Shown: positions 29,278 to 39,772 of the stretch, in pieces
How the letters are laid out: every line of letters begins with the position of its first letter
Position numbering within the stretch: the first letter of the stretch is position 1
Origin: an uncultured virus (IMG/VR IMGVR_UViG_2522572172_000008)
Lineage: Duplodnaviria > Heunggongvirae > Uroviricota > Caudoviricetes
IMG/VR virus record: IMGVR_UViG_2522572172_000008
Length of the DNA: 64,000 nucleotides
Reading direction: 5' to 3' (one strand)
Position numbers and translations under genes: made by a program
The notes under the pieces: generated by a model
Database searches by the model: none
Seen by the model: only the letters and a program-made list of their open reading frames with translations
Told to the model about the DNA's origin: nothing

Positions 29278-29871
29278 TTACTGTTCTTCTTCAGAGAAAT
29301 ATTCAATGTAGGCATCAAAATCTGAGTCTAAACACTTTAAAGATATTTTTTTAGACCTATCTAATTCACGATAATGTCTTTTGTAGTAAGGATTATCCCC
29401 CTTAAAATTCGGGTCATCTACTAATGTATTCTGGATATGTCTTTCTAATTTATCAAGTATAAACCTATCTACCCTTTTTATATCTAAACTTCTAATTTCA
29501 TCAAACGCCTGTTTAATGTATGTATTGTATATATAAAACACAACCATTTCAGCTTCAAAATATCCTGAAGGAAAATAGCTTCTAAACTCAGGCTTCACAG
29601 ATTCTCTTGCTTTATCAAATAATGATTCATCTATATATACACACCCTTCTGGGTACCGCTTTACTAAGCTATCACAGACTTCTTTAAGTTCTAACAGTTC
29701 AGGTTTAGATTTACAAAGTAATGATATATATTTCAATATGAATACTTCAATATCGGAAATTTTCCTGCTTAATACAATCGTATATAATTCTTTTACCTCC
29801 TTTAACACTTCAACAATTAACTTATCGTCTTTTACATTATTCGGTTTCTCTTGCACTCTCATTCTCGGCAT
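29278..29871 (-). CDS. Hypothetical protein
   Basis: 197 aa ORF. Confidence 0.7.
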   Translation of the reverse strand: MPRMRVQEKPNNVKDDKLIVEVLKEVKELYTIVLSRKISDIEVFILKYISLLCKSKPELLELKEVCDSLVKRYPEGCVYIDESLFDKARESVKPEFRSYFPSGYFEAEMVVFYIYNTYIKQAFDEIRSLDIKRVDRFILDKLERHIQNTLVDDPNFKGDNPYYKRHYRELDRSKKISLKCLDSDFDAYIEYFSEEEQ

Positions 29872-30472
29872 CTCCTTTTACAAGTTCACTTCCAATAGAA
29901 AATAGTAAATTTCTAAATGGTACAAAATCACCATCATTCGCATAACCTGGTCCTTTTGCATAAATACGAGGTTCATTCAAATTATGTGCCTGATACTTCA
30001 TATAAGCTTCTGCTTGTGGCTTTATAAAGAAAATTGCTTTGTCTACATACGATTCTTTTCTCCACGCAATTCCTTTCATTTCAACCCCAAACACTTGAAA
30101 GTAATCATTGTAATTCTCCACAGTAATTAACTCATCATATGGATTTGAATACTCCTTATGAAGCATTTCTTCATATGATTCAATCTTAATATGTGCGTAT
30201 TCACCTGTAAGTAAAAACCATGATTCCACAGCCTCTACTTCTGATTCTACCCACTCACTTCCATACACATTAACTTTAAATACAAGTGGTGTGTATTCAA
30301 ACAAAGATTCAATTTCACTATTATATGGAATTGAATCATACACTTTGCTTTGCACTACAAAATACGGATTACCTGTTGCATGATTTGCTTCTGCACCAGG
30401 GAAATGATGATTCGCAAATTCCTTCAAGAATTGCTCTTGTTCCTTTGTGATTTCAATAATTACTTTTGTCAT
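29837..30472 (-). CDS. Phage-type hypothetical protein
   Basis: AEAYMKYQAHNLNEPRIY. Confidence 0.75.
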   Translation of the reverse strand: MTKVIIEITKEQEQFLKEFANHHFPGAEANHATGNPYFVVQSKVYDSIPYNSEIESLFEYTPLVFKVNVYGSEWVESEVEAVESWFLLTGEYAHIKIESYEEMLHKEYSNPYDELITVENYNDYFQVFGVEMKGIAWRKESYVDKAIFFIKPQAEAYMKYQAHNLNEPRIYAKGPGYANDGDFVPFRNLLFSIGSELVKGDAENESARETE

Positions 30473-30506
30473 AACATTTACAGCCCCTTTTTATAGATTC
30501 AAATTG

Positions 30507-30537
30507 AATACCTGTTTTGTAATATCTACATATCATA
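30507..30537 (-). promoter_or_regulatory. Motif A promoter
   Basis: aatacctgttttg, atcata 30532-30537. Confidence 0.7.
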
Positions 30538-30595
30538 GAATCTTTTAAAAGGCTCTATAACTAATATTTTTATTCTTGTAACTCTTTGTTATTTT

Positions 30596-30916
30596 TTAAT
30601 TCTCTTGTTTATCTAAATGGTATCTAATTTTGTTAAATAATATAGTATCTAATTCCGACTTACCTGTGCCCATCCCCATTCCTAAGGTCAAATACCATTT
30701 CTCTGCAATTCTTTTCAACTCATCATTATTTAGCTCTAATTTTTTATCATCATCATTTAATGTTTCTATCGTTTCAATACAGTCATCACCATAAGCACTT
30801 GAGGGATACCTTTCGTAGAATTTATCTTTTGCGTCAACCTCGTTCTCTGCGGTTGTTTTGTAAGTTTGAATTTCATTTACAAATCGGTTATAAAAAACGA
30901 CTATATACTTATTCAT
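30596..30916 (-). CDS. Hypothetical protein
   Basis: GAGGGG RBS. Confidence 0.7.
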   Translation of the reverse strand: MNKYIVVFYNRFVNEIQTYKTTAENEVDAKDKFYERYPSSAYGDDCIETIETLNDDDKKLELNNDELKRIAEKWYLTLGMGMGTGKSELDTILFNKIRYHLDKQEN

Positions 30917-30951
30917 TGTTAACCCCTCTTCTATATACACATATAAATTAT

Positions 30952-31116
30952 TTATTCTTTCATAAGTATCATAAAAATCTCTTTTGCTTGATACTCTTTC
31001 GGGATTTGTTTCACCGCTTCCTCTGGTGTATCGCCCTCCAAGACCGTCCAGAACGAACGCCTAATAACTTTAGCTTTCACAACAGACTCTCTGATGTAAT
31101 TCACATGATATCTCAT
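30952..31116 (-). CDS. Small protein, 54 aa (not in ORF track)
   Basis: GGAGGG RBS; MRYHVNY...GDTPEEAVK. Confidence 0.55.
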   Translation of the reverse strand: MRYHVNYIRESVVKAKVIRRSFWTVLEGDTPEEAVKQIPKEYQAKEIFMILMKE

Positions 31117-31135
31117 TATTTTTTACCCTCCACCG

Positions 31136-31345
31136 TTAAAATCTTTTATGCCACCAAGCCATGAATGTTTTCTTCCATTTTCCATTTACTAATTCAAACC
31201 CATCTATATAACATCTTCCATTTATCGTTGTTATGCTTTGTCCATTCATTTCTTTATGAAAAGGAATAACAGAGCTCCCTGAAACTACAACTCTATCCGT
31301 TTGATTTACAATAACCGTTCCTCCACAAAACGCTCCCATTTCCAT
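31136..31345 (-). CDS. Small hypothetical protein
   Basis: 69 aa, YIDGFEL..GKWKKT. Confidence 0.6.
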   Translation of the reverse strand: MEMGAFCGGTVIVNQTDRVVVSGSSVIPFHKEMNGQSITTINGRCYIDGFELVNGKWKKTFMAWWHKRF

Positions 31346-31422
31346 CAGCCTTTCTATTTAAAGTAAATTTTATCCTATAAAAAAAAGAGGAAGCAAAATC
31401 TCCCTCTTTTTTAATTTAGTTA

Positions 31423-32001
31423 TTAAGCATCTAAACCATATGCTTTTACAAGTGCGGCCAATCCACCTTGGAAACCTGCTCCAACAGCATTGAATTTCCA
31501 CTCACCGTTATGACGGTATAATTCACAGAACACAACAGCCGTTTCAATTGAGAAGTCTTCACCTAAATCGTAACGGAAGATTTCCTCCCCTGTTTCTTGA
31601 TTTGCTAAACGTACAAATGCATTTTTTACTTGACCAAAGTTTTGAGAACGTTTTTGTGCGTCATAGATTGTTACAGTAAAGGCAATTTTGTCAACAGTAG
31701 AAGGTACTTTGTCTAAATGAACCACTAATTGCTCGTCATCACCGTCTCCTCCACCTGTTAGGTTGTCACCTGAATGAACAACAGAACCACAAGTTGATTT
31801 TAGATTGTTATAGAAAATGAAATCTAAATCTTTCGCACATTTACCATTTGCATTTAATAAAAATGCAGATGCATCTAAGTCAAAATCATGACCACCATCA
31901 AATTCGTTAACATCCCAACCTAAACCAATCATTACATTTTTAAGGTTCTCTCTGCCTTTCGTAAGGTCTACTTTTTGTCCTTTTTGTAATTGAATTACCA
32001 T
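31423..32001 (-). CDS. terD: TerD family stress protein
   Basis: [38 protein letters not shown]. Confidence 0.92.
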   Translation of the reverse strand: MVIQLQKGQKVDLTKGRENLKNVMIGLGWDVNEFDGGHDFDLDASAFLLNANGKCAKDLDFIFYNNLKSTCGSVVHSGDNLTGGGDGDDEQLVVHLDKVPSTVDKIAFTVTIYDAQKRSQNFGQVKNAFVRLANQETGEEIFRYDLGEDFSIETAVVFCELYRHNGEWKFNAVGAGFQGGLAALVKAYGLDA

Positions 32002-32065
32002 AATCAATTCCTCCAATATGTATTAAGTATTAAGTTTTAGCTCTACTTATATAAAACCACATATA

Positions 32066-32079
32066 TCAACTATAGTCAA
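32066..32079. promoter_or_regulatory. Motif B
   Basis: tcaactatagtcaa. Confidence 0.65.
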
Positions 32080-32143
32080 CAGAAAAATAATAATATATAA
32101 TATAGTTAATTAATAAAACCTTAAAGAAAGGAGATGAGGTGAA

Positions 32144-32476
32144 ATGTTTTTTCTTTGGAACGCTCTTAATGTAGGATTACTTATCGCTTCAGCGATTGCA
32201 ATTAATAATAACAATATGAAATCTGGAGTAATTTATGGAGTGATTGGTGGGATATCTCTTTTACTCAGCATACTTTACTACTATAGAAGACAACTTATGA
32301 AAAATAATGCGGATTCAACTATGGGAGTTTGTATTGATAGTCTGGATTGTTTAGCTTGTGACATGAATCAAAAAAATGGATTTGATTGCGTGGATATTGA
32401 ATGTGGTAAAATGCAGATTTTAGAAATTGATTGTGATGGTGTAGAATGCATGAACGCAGATTGCTGTAGTTTATAA
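32144..32476 (+). CDS. 2-TM protein with Cys/Asp-rich tail
   Basis: Repeated DC/EC dipeptides. Confidence 0.7.
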   Translation: MFFLWNALNVGLLIASAIAINNNNMKSGVIYGVIGGISLLLSILYYYRRQLMKNNADSTMGVCIDSLDCLACDMNQKNGFDCVDIECGKMQILEIDCDGVECMNADCCSL

Positions 32477-32500
32477 AAAAAGAAAGGTGCTATTAACATA

Positions 32501-32833
32501 ATGAAACCTACAACGTTTTTATATAAGGCTTGTTTATTAATACCGTGTCATCGAAGAAAAGAAAGGTGCTTACATATAAGAGGAAAACAAATGCCTATAT
32601 GCACACGATGTTTTGCTATACTCTTAGGACATTTGCTCATTCCCATATTCTTTATATATTCTGTACCCTTCTATATAGGTTTACTTCTACAGATTCCCAT
32701 GGTAGTTGATGGATACACACAATTAAAGAAATGGAGAACCAGTAACCACGTCTTGCGGTTCCTAACAGGTATTATAAGCGGTGCAGGATTGTCCATCTTA
32801 ATTATCGCTTTTGTACGTCTACTTACTAATTAA
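32501..32833 (+). CDS. DUF2085-like membrane protein
   Basis: CHRRKERC, MPICTRC, PMVVDGYTQ, SNHVLRFLTG. Confidence 0.8.
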   Translation: MKPTTFLYKACLLIPCHRRKERCLHIRGKQMPICTRCFAILLGHLLIPIFFIYSVPFYIGLLLQIPMVVDGYTQLKKWRTSNHVLRFLTGIISGAGLSILIIAFVRLLTN

Positions 32834-33033
32834 AAAACAGAGGAGGAATAGACCTTTAGATTAAAATTCATATTAAATCTATTAATAAGAATAGCTATAT
32901 CAATATTACTTTATGGTTCTTTTCACTTCATTATGTTTTTAGAAAGTAATGGACTATAAAAATATTTAACCTTATTGACTTTTTTATATACATATGCGAA
33001 ACTATTAAAGGCTGTTATACTTAAAGAATCACC

Positions 33034-33063
33034 AAAAAGAGGATGCATATGCATCCTCTTTTT
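33034..33063. terminator. Palindromic bidirectional terminator
   Basis: aaaaagaggatgcatatgcatcctcttttt. Confidence 0.7.
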
Positions 33064-33073
33064 ATTTATACTA

Positions 33074-33436
33074 TTAATGGCTCAACTCTTTAATCTCTAA
33101 CTTTTCTACTTTGATAATGGCTCCTTCTTTGAAAGTTACATGATAGGAGCCTTCTTTTGTCTTTACTTCATAAAATGCTTTATTACGACCAATAGGTTCT
33201 ATAGACTCTATTTCATCTGCATTTTTCAAATGCAAGCTATCTGCAACAGATTTCCTTTCCTGCTTTGTTATTTCATTCATTAAAGCTCCTCCTGATAGTG
33301 CAAAACATATAGCACTAACAACTACTAATATCAATGACCATGAGTTTTCAACAAAAAGAACTCTATACATAAACACAAATACCAGTATAAAAAATACCAA
33401 AGTTGAAATTTTTAATAAAAAATATAAATTTAACAT
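33074..33436 (-). CDS. Membrane-anchored paralog family member 4
   Basis: 2 TM + VADSLHL...YEVKTKEGSY. Confidence 0.8.
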   Translation of the reverse strand: MLNLYFLLKISTLVFFILVFVFMYRVLFVENSWSLILVVVSAICFALSGGALMNEITKQERKSVADSLHLKNADEIESIEPIGRNKAFYEVKTKEGSYHVTFKEGAIIKVEKLEIKELSH

Positions 33437-33489
33437 CCTTCTATCCCCCTTGTTAGTCTCAATAATACTTATATGTAATTTAAACGATT

Positions 33490-33879
33490 CTATTTCTTCT
33501 CATTAATCTTTTTAATTTTACTTACTGTTGGTACAAGTTTTTCACTTCCTAAAGTTACATGATAAAAAACATTTTTTATCTTCACTTCTTTTAATGACCT
33601 ATTATGACGGTCTATAGTATGTATAGATTCTATTTCTGTTACATCTTTTAATTGAAGTTTTTCTACTATGGCCTTCTTCTCATAATTAAAATTAATAGGA
33701 ATATAAATAAAAGCACATACAAGGAAAGCAATAAGTGTAAATAATGGCGTTTTTAATAGAATCTCTGGCGTTCTATCAAATAGCATGAATGGCAGAACCG
33801 ATATTAACAGCAATACAGTTATCAACCCAAAACCGATAGACATACATTTCAATACAATGTATAAAGTCAATTTAACCAC
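33490..33879 (-). CDS. Membrane-anchored paralog family member 5
   Basis: 2 TM + IVEKLQL...EVKIKNVFYHV. Confidence 0.75.
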   Translation of the reverse strand: MVKLTLYIVLKCMSIGFGLITVLLLISVLPFMLFDRTPEILLKTPLFTLIAFLVCAFIYIPINFNYEKKAIVEKLQLKDVTEIESIHTIDRHNRSLKEVKIKNVFYHVTLGSEKLVPTVSKIKKINEKK

Positions 33880-33911
33880 CTCTTGGTTTATTATAATTTT
33901 TATTATGTAAA

Positions 33912-34379
33912 TTAATGATTTTCTCTTATGCGTATAATTTTTGTTGTTTTTATATCACTATCAAAAATAACAACATATTGTTTATCCAATTTCTTTATGA
34001 TGTAGCCTTTTTGATTTTCTTGAAATTCCCCCTTACTATCTTCAAAATCATAAAAAACAATATCATTTTCATTAACATCTAAAGCTTTTGCTACTAATTG
34101 ATATTGTATTTTTACGGAGTTCTCTTTCTCTTCCTGCATGTTATTGAAATCTATCAAGAATACTGCCAGTAAGGAAACAAGTGCCCCACATAAAAACGAA
34201 ACATAGAAAAACTCTGAAGGCATTCTTTTATTTGTAATTTTTTCATATTCCCACTCTTTCGATAGAATTGTAATAAATAAAATGAAAAAGCCAATGGAAC
34301 TTAACGCGAAAACAAGAATGACTTTATAACAATCTTGAAAATGAAAAAACGTCAACACATTATCAGCCCCTGTCCTCAT
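33912..34379 (-). CDS. Membrane-anchored paralog family member 6
   Basis: 2 TM + VAKALDV...KQYVVIF. Confidence 0.75.
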   Translation of the reverse strand: MRTGADNVLTFFHFQDCYKVILVFALSSIGFFILFITILSKEWEYEKITNKRMPSEFFYVSFLCGALVSLLAVFLIDFNNMQEEKENSVKIQYQLVAKALDVNENDIVFYDFEDSKGEFQENQKGYIIKKLDKQYVVIFDSDIKTTKIIRIRENH

Positions 34380-34396
34380 TCATCATAACATTTTCA

Positions 34397-34410
34397 TTGA
34401 CCATAGTAAA
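34397..34410. promoter_or_regulatory. Motif B variant
   Basis: ttgaccatagtaaa. Confidence 0.55.
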
Positions 34411-34476
34411 TGAAAAACAGAAGAGTGAACTCTCTCCTGTTTTTAGTATCCATAATATAATTATTGTAAACTGATA

Positions 34477-34878
34477 TTATCCTTCTAATACATTTAAATT
34501 CTTTTCAAAATTCTTCAATTCACTAATATCTAAAGTATCTATGCCTACATGTCTCTTTTCCTCATTCCCGACTTGTGTAAACATTTCTCTACTACGATAG
34601 TTCAATGAAACATAACCGTAATACCAAGGGAATAAGCCACTACCGAATCGAACCTTAAATACAATTTCTCTTTCTCTCTCATCGAATGCAATATCAGTAG
34701 CTCTTACAACAATATAATCCTTCTCTTTTCTATCTCCATTTTCTATCATATATAATGCTGTCTTATAGAAAAGTAAAAGTCCTTTCTTTGCAAATTCAAC
34801 GTCAATTCCATAAGTATCACTAAATTTTTGAATTTGTTCCATCGTTTCTTGTTGATTAATTAATAGTTTTACAACCAT
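34477..34878 (-). CDS. Hypothetical protein
   Basis: Soluble ORF. Confidence 0.7.
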   Translation of the reverse strand: MVVKLLINQQETMEQIQKFSDTYGIDVEFAKKGLLLFYKTALYMIENGDRKEKDYIVVRATDIAFDEREREIVFKVRFGSGLFPWYYGYVSLNYRSREMFTQVGNEEKRHVGIDTLDISELKNFEKNLNVLEG

Positions 34879-34955
34879 ATATCTATCGCCTCTTTCTATT
34901 TTTAATATAATTATCATTTGATATTCTATTTCATCTCTATTATTTTTATAAGAAT

Positions 34956-35348
34956 CTATCTTAATTTTTTATTAGATATATAATCATACTCCACAAAATA
35001 TTCTTCTTCTGGAAAACCATCAGGGTCAAGATTGTCTTGATTAATTTGTTCAAATTGCAGGTTCCCTTCAGTATGATTAACAAAAAGATGATACAAACGT
35101 TGAGTATTCAATAATTCCTTTAATAATCCTAAAGTCGAGATTTTTCGTTCTATTAATTGCAATCTCTCATCATTTGAAATCTCACTAAACAACCATTTAT
35201 CTGTATCTTCATCCACGTCCTCCACAAAGTAGTGCAAATAATATAGCTCTTCTTTTGACTTAGTAATAAGAAATAGTGGAAAATCATAATAGTCAAACAT
35301 ATGGATTGTTTTAAGATTTAAATATTTTTCCATCGTCATTAAAATCAT
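34956..35348 (-). CDS. Hypothetical protein (FDYYDxP motif)
   Basis: GGGAGG RBS. Confidence 0.7.
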   Translation of the reverse strand: MILMTMEKYLNLKTIHMFDYYDFPLFLITKSKEELYYLHYFVEDVDEDTDKWLFSEISNDERLQLIERKISTLGLLKELLNTQRLYHLFVNHTEGNLQFEQINQDNLDPDGFPEEEYFVEYDYISNKKLR

Positions 35349-35361
35349 TCTAATATCCTCC

Positions 35362-35736
35362 CTACAACCAACAATATTTATCAAAATTCACTTCTGATTT
35401 TAACCTTAAAATAACAGAAGATTCTCCTATGAAATGTACTACATATTTACCTTTTGTATATGAAACACGACCTACATTATTCGTGTTATAAACAATATCA
35501 ACTTCATTTTTAGGAACATTAAGTTCTTCTGCTACATTCTTTAACCTTTCTTCCTGAAGCTTATTTGGATTCTGTGTCGTATGCAACATATGAAAATATG
35601 AACCTATTATTAGGATTATTCCAAGTGACATTAATAGATATCCTTTATCTTCATGACCCCTTTTATTTAATAACAAAATAAGCCGACTAACGAAACCGCA
35701 TGTAAATATTATGATACCTGATATAAGTACATACAT
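35362..35736 (-). CDS. Membrane-anchored paralog family member 7
   Basis: 2 TM + VAEELNVP...KGKYVVHF. Confidence 0.8.
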   Translation of the reverse strand: MYVLISGIIIFTCGFVSRLILLLNKRGHEDKGYLLMSLGIILIIGSYFHMLHTTQNPNKLQEERLKNVAEELNVPKNEVDIVYNTNNVGRVSYTKGKYVVHFIGESSVILRLKSEVNFDKYCWL

Positions 35737-35742
35737 ACGTAC

Positions 35743-36117
35743 TCACCCTTTTTCTGACTTATTCTTTAATGATTCTATTTTTACAATGGTTGCAGTTTCT
35801 TGTTTGAATTGAACATAATAATCACCTTTTAATGAAACAGCATTCATAGAGTCTTTACCTTCGGATTCAAATCTTATCTGTTCTTTATGAATATTAAGTT
35901 TTTTTGATATACTAATCTCTCTATCGCCATTAAGTTTTTCCCTTGCTTCTTTAGCACTACTAAATGGTGCAGTCACTAAATATGCAAATAATATTATTCC
36001 TGAAGGCACTGAGAGCACTAACCCAATCCCAACGATTGTATTTTTATCTTTCTTATCTCCGATATGTATTAACAACATTCCAGTTCCCAATATGACCATT
36101 AAAATAATATAGTCCAT
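35743..36117 (-). CDS. Membrane-anchored paralog family member 8
   Basis: 2 TM + ISKKLNI...KGDYYVQF. Confidence 0.8.
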   Translation of the reverse strand: MDYIILMVILGTGMLLIHIGDKKDKNTIVGIGLVLSVPSGIILFAYLVTAPFSSAKEAREKLNGDREISISKKLNIHKEQIRFESEGKDSMNAVSLKGDYYVQFKQETATIVKIESLKNKSEKG

Positions 36118-36132
36118 TCTTTCTTTTCCTCC

Positions 36133-36333
36133 CTAATGCGAAGCATTATACATTTCACAAAAACGAATGAATCCCCATACACAAAATGGAAGACTTATAA
36201 ACACAGTAGCAAGATTATAGGCTTCGTCTTTAAGATTATCATCATCGCTTTTCATTCCTTTATAAACACAAAATGCACCTGCTAATAGTGTTGGGATTAC
36301 AAACACCCCAAATAAATAATTGACTGTAACCAT
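36133..36333 (-). CDS. Small 2-TM protein
   Basis: Two hydrophobic segments, no soluble module. Confidence 0.6.
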   Translation of the reverse strand: MVTVNYLFGVFVIPTLLAGAFCVYKGMKSDDDNLKDEAYNLATVFISLPFCVWGFIRFCEMYNASH

Positions 36334-36340
36334 CCTTTCT

Positions 36341-36646
36341 TTATAAGTTTCTGTTCGTTTTCTCTTTTTTATGAATAGCTACAATCGAATCAGCATCTTT
36401 TTTAAATAGAATGGAATATTCTCCATCCTGTGTAATTGCCTCGTAATAATCTTTTTCTTCCCTATCTCTTTCTTTTTCAATTTCTATTTTAGATTCAGGT
36501 ATTTTCAACTCTTTTGAAATTGCTTTATATCTATTTTTTTTAAGCTCTTGAATTTCCTCAAGATAGTCAAACCCAAATAAAGCAATACCACTCAAAAACA
36601 GCATACATGCAAATACACCCAAAATTTCTTTCCATTTCATATTCAC
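36341..36646 (-). CDS. Membrane-anchored paralog family member 9
   Basis: TM + ISKELKIP...YEAITQDGEY. Confidence 0.8.
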   Translation of the reverse strand: MNMKWKEILGVFACMLFLSGIALFGFDYLEEIQELKKNRYKAISKELKIPESKIEIEKERDREEKDYYEAITQDGEYSILFKKDADSIVAIHKKEKTNRNL

Positions 36647-37063
36647 TCATCCTTTTAATTTTATAATCGCTTCTATTTCATTGTTATCTTTTGATAACTC
36701 AATATAGTAGTTTCCTTTTTCTGTTTTTGCAATATATTCTATCTGTGTTTCTTTTTTTAACACCACTTGTTCTTTCTTTACATGCAACTGCTTCGCTACA
36801 AGTTGTCTAATGTTAGCCAATGATTGTTGTTTATCTAATCGTTTTACTGCTACTTTATTTTCATCTGCAACTTCATAAGCACTATGTAAGGCTTTTAAAC
36901 TTTGGAAAATCAAGCCTGATGCTGAGATAAAACATAATAGAGTCCAATATAATTTCTTTGTTTCTATTTCAGCCATTTGAAAGAAACATGTTAAAAACAG
37001 AAATGTGATAAATAAGTAAACATCTCTTTCATCCATGTGTTGAATTGCATGTATCATTTTCAT
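36647..37063 (-). CDS. Membrane-anchored paralog family member 10
   Basis: 2 TM + VAKQLHV...YIAKTEKGNY. Confidence 0.8.
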   Translation of the reverse strand: MKMIHAIQHMDERDVYLFITFLFLTCFFQMAEIETKKLYWTLLCFISASGLIFQSLKALHSAYEVADENKVAVKRLDKQQSLANIRQLVAKQLHVKKEQVVLKKETQIEYIAKTEKGNYYIELSKDNNEIEAIIKLKG

Positions 37064-37094
37064 TAACCCTTTTATGCAGAATATTCAGACCAAT

Positions 37095-37484
37095 CTATTT
37101 ATGTCTGTTATAAGATTCATTTGCAACAGTATCTACTCGCAAAATCTCCGAAGTTCCTTTTTTAAAACGAACATCATATGTACCTTCTTTTGCGTATACA
37201 TGATATACATTTCTATCCTCATTATCTTGAACAATATCAAATTCATCTAAATTTAATTCATTTTGAATCGAACTTTGAATAGCTTTGTGTTCTTCTTTTG
37301 TTGTTCTGCTTGAATCTATAGCCAATGTAAAAGATACAATAATCAATACAACCACTAACAAGATAAAAACAGGCTTTTGATTTTTAATCGAATGAATAAT
37401 ACTTAAAATAACAAGTAAAATCGTGCCTACTAACTCTATAATAAAAAATGTATCCTTACTTAAATTCATTAAAATATCCATCAT
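37095..37484 (-). CDS. Membrane-anchored paralog family member 11
   Basis: 2 TM + IQNELNL...YAKEGTY. Confidence 0.8.
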   Translation of the reverse strand: MMDILMNLSKDTFFIIELVGTILLVILSIIHSIKNQKPVFILLVVVLIIVSFTLAIDSSRTTKEEHKAIQSSIQNELNLDEFDIVQDNEDRNVYHVYAKEGTYDVRFKKGTSEILRVDTVANESYNRHK

Positions 37485-37496
37485 TCTCCCCCTTAA

Positions 37497-38084
37497 TTAT
37501 TTTACAGTTTCTACATCTTTAATCTTATCGAGTTTAAATAGCATACCTTCTTTTACATAGGCTTTATAGGTTTCTGTTTTTGTGACCACTTCATATGAAC
37601 TATAATCCAATTCGTTTATTTCCAATTGATTAGGATTCATATCTAATTTTTGAGCAATTAAACCCTTTACTTGTTCCTTTTCACTTGAACCTTTCTTGTT
37701 TACATATCTATCTAATCCTGAAGTAGGAATTGATTCAACGTAATTTAATCTATCCAGTTTAAATAGTTTTTCATTCTCATTGAAATACGCCTTATATGTT
37801 GCTGTTTTTGTTGCCACTTCATAAATATTACTTCTTATGTTGCTTATATTAAATTCAGTTGGTTTTATCTTTAATTCATTTGAAATTACATTTTGAATTG
37901 ATGCATAGTGCTTAACTTCTGAATTGAGCTTTTCATAGATAACATAAAGAGCAGTACTTGTAACAAGAACCATTCCTACTACCATTCCTATAACCCCTTT
38001 TTTAGTTTTTGATTTTTCACCTATTGCCATTAACAAAACACCTGCTATAGCAATAGCCAAGCAAACAACTACTTTAAATGTCAT
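37497..38084 (-). CDS. Membrane-anchored paralog family member 12 (two modules)
   Basis: ISNELKI...YEVATKTATY and IAQKLDM...YEVVTKTETY. Confidence 0.8.
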   Translation of the reverse strand: MTFKVVVCLAIAIAGVLLMAIGEKSKTKKGVIGMVVGMVLVTSTALYVIYEKLNSEVKHYASIQNVISNELKIKPTEFNISNIRSNIYEVATKTATYKAYFNENEKLFKLDRLNYVESIPTSGLDRYVNKKGSSEKEQVKGLIAQKLDMNPNQLEINELDYSSYEVVTKTETYKAYVKEGMLFKLDKIKDVETVK

Positions 38085-38202
38085 AAAAATCTCCCCTTTC
38101 TATACATATAGTGACATGCTCAATGAATACAAGAGAACTTATCACCTATATCCATTGAGCAAATCCAGAAACCTAATATTAAATTATATAAATTAATAGT
38201 TA

Positions 38203-38664
38203 TTATTTCTTTACTATTCCATCTACATTCACCGTTCCTTCAGATGTTTGTACATAATAAACACCTAAAGAAGTAGTTGCTATATAACGATTATCCTTGT
38301 CATTTTCTTTTTCAATAATAACATCGTCTTTGTTAATGTTTAATTTTTTAGCAACTGCTTCTCGTACTTCTGCCATTGCAATGTTATTATCTTTATTCTT
38401 ATATTCTTTATCAGTGATATTTAACTCTTTTTTATTTTTTAAATAGATTACTTCGTTTTTATCATGTGTTTGAGGAAGAGAATTAAAAACACCTGCAAGG
38501 ACAGCCATACCAACAATACTGAGTATAGTACCCCCTATAAAAAAGAATGCTATTGTTCCTTCGTCTTCATCCTCCTTACATTTATGACCACTAAATAACA
38601 TTACCATCCCAATTAATAGCAATACAATTCCAAGACCTATAGTAGAAAAAATATCCATAAGCAC
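38203..38664 (-). CDS. Membrane-anchored paralog family member 13
   Basis: 2 TM + VAKKLNI...YIATTSLGVY. Confidence 0.8.
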   Translation of the reverse strand: MLMDIFSTIGLGIVLLLIGMVMLFSGHKCKEDEDEGTIAFFFIGGTILSIVGMAVLAGVFNSLPQTHDKNEVIYLKNKKELNITDKEYKNKDNNIAMAEVREAVAKKLNINKDDVIIEKENDKDNRYIATTSLGVYYVQTSEGTVNVDGIVKK

Positions 38665-38812
38665 ACCCCTTCTTTGTTAAATAAACCTCTTACTATACAA
38701 CGCTTTTAATTTACCATAACCTAATACTAAACTTCATAAATTCAAATAATCACAGCAGATATCAATGAAACACATACATATGAAAAAATAGGCATTCCTA
38801 AACTCATTTGGT

Positions 38813-39118
38813 TTACTCATCTCGTCTTTCCAAAAGCTTGCCATCTGACAAGAAGTGAATTTTATAAGGTGGGTTTTGTTCAACTTTCGGTTTGCAATTT
38901 GATGTGGAAAAACATTTAGTTACGTTTCTAAGCATTTCTTTCATTTCCTCGGTTGTTAATGGTCGTAAAAAACTGTCTATATCTATAATGAATTCATTTG
39001 TATTCAGAACTTTAGATACCCTCTCCAAATCCGCTTCTTCATTATCATTTAAACAGTTATTATCCTTTGCCCATCTCTTCGTTACGATAAACAGATTATT
39101 TAATTCCATACTACACAA
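38813..39118 (-). CDS. Hypothetical protein
   Basis: GAGGAG RBS. Confidence 0.6.
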   Translation of the reverse strand: MCSMELNNLFIVTKRWAKDNNCLNDNEEADLERVSKVLNTNEFIIDIDSFLRPLTTEEMKEMLRNVTKCFSTSNCKPKVEQNPPYKIHFLSDGKLLERRDE

Positions 39119-39755
39119 CTCCTCTCCCTATATACTTTTTCATTTCATTAACTACTTTTTCAGGAGTTACGAGGTCTTCCATCCCTGTGCCTTTTAATTG
39201 CGGAGCAACATTTAAATCAACCGCTAATAATTCATTCCCACCTTTAACATAATCAATTGCTACCAGGGGAAATTCATATGGGTCTAAAATCCCTTCAAAG
39301 GAAGGCATTCGTGACCAACAATCAACAACAGTGATTTCAACGTCTCCTACATTGCTTCTCCAGTCATCCTTACTACGATAATCAAGTATCGTTTTTCTAC
39401 GGCCAACATTTAGAACTCTCCAACTCTCACCCAAATTCCCGCAAAGTAAGGTGCAGAAAGTATCTATTGGATAGGTTTCTAATGCTTCTATTAATGACAT
39501 TCGAATTTTCCCTTCCCCTTGGTGCTTACTAATATCTGTGTAAACAACCACTTCGGTATGTAGAGGGTATTTCTTTGCCATTTCATGAAGGTAACCATAA
39601 GGAACGGTTTTAATACCTTTAGAAGACATATAATCAAGCATCTGTAGACGATTCATTCCCATATCATGTTTTCGTAAAAAAGGCACTCCACTTCCATCAA
39701 AATGATGGTCATAATAATCATGAAAATTCGTAATTAACTTCACTTCTCTACTCAT
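39111..39755 (-). CDS. Hypothetical protein, possible ATP-grasp-like fold
   Basis: VAIDYV...LAVDLNVAPQLKG. Confidence 0.55.
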   Translation of the reverse strand: MSREVKLITNFHDYYDHHFDGSGVPFLRKHDMGMNRLQMLDYMSSKGIKTVPYGYLHEMAKKYPLHTEVVVYTDISKHQGEGKIRMSLIEALETYPIDTFCTLLCGNLGESWRVLNVGRRKTILDYRSKDDWRSNVGDVEITVVDCWSRMPSFEGILDPYEFPLVAIDYVKGGNELLAVDLNVAPQLKGTGMEDLVTPEKVVNEMKKYIGRGVV

Positions 39756-39772
39756 CTTTGCCTTCCTCTCTA

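Noticed and set aside
30760..31164. 134-aa + strand ORF
   Set aside because: Overlaps three minus-strand genes of a co-oriented run.
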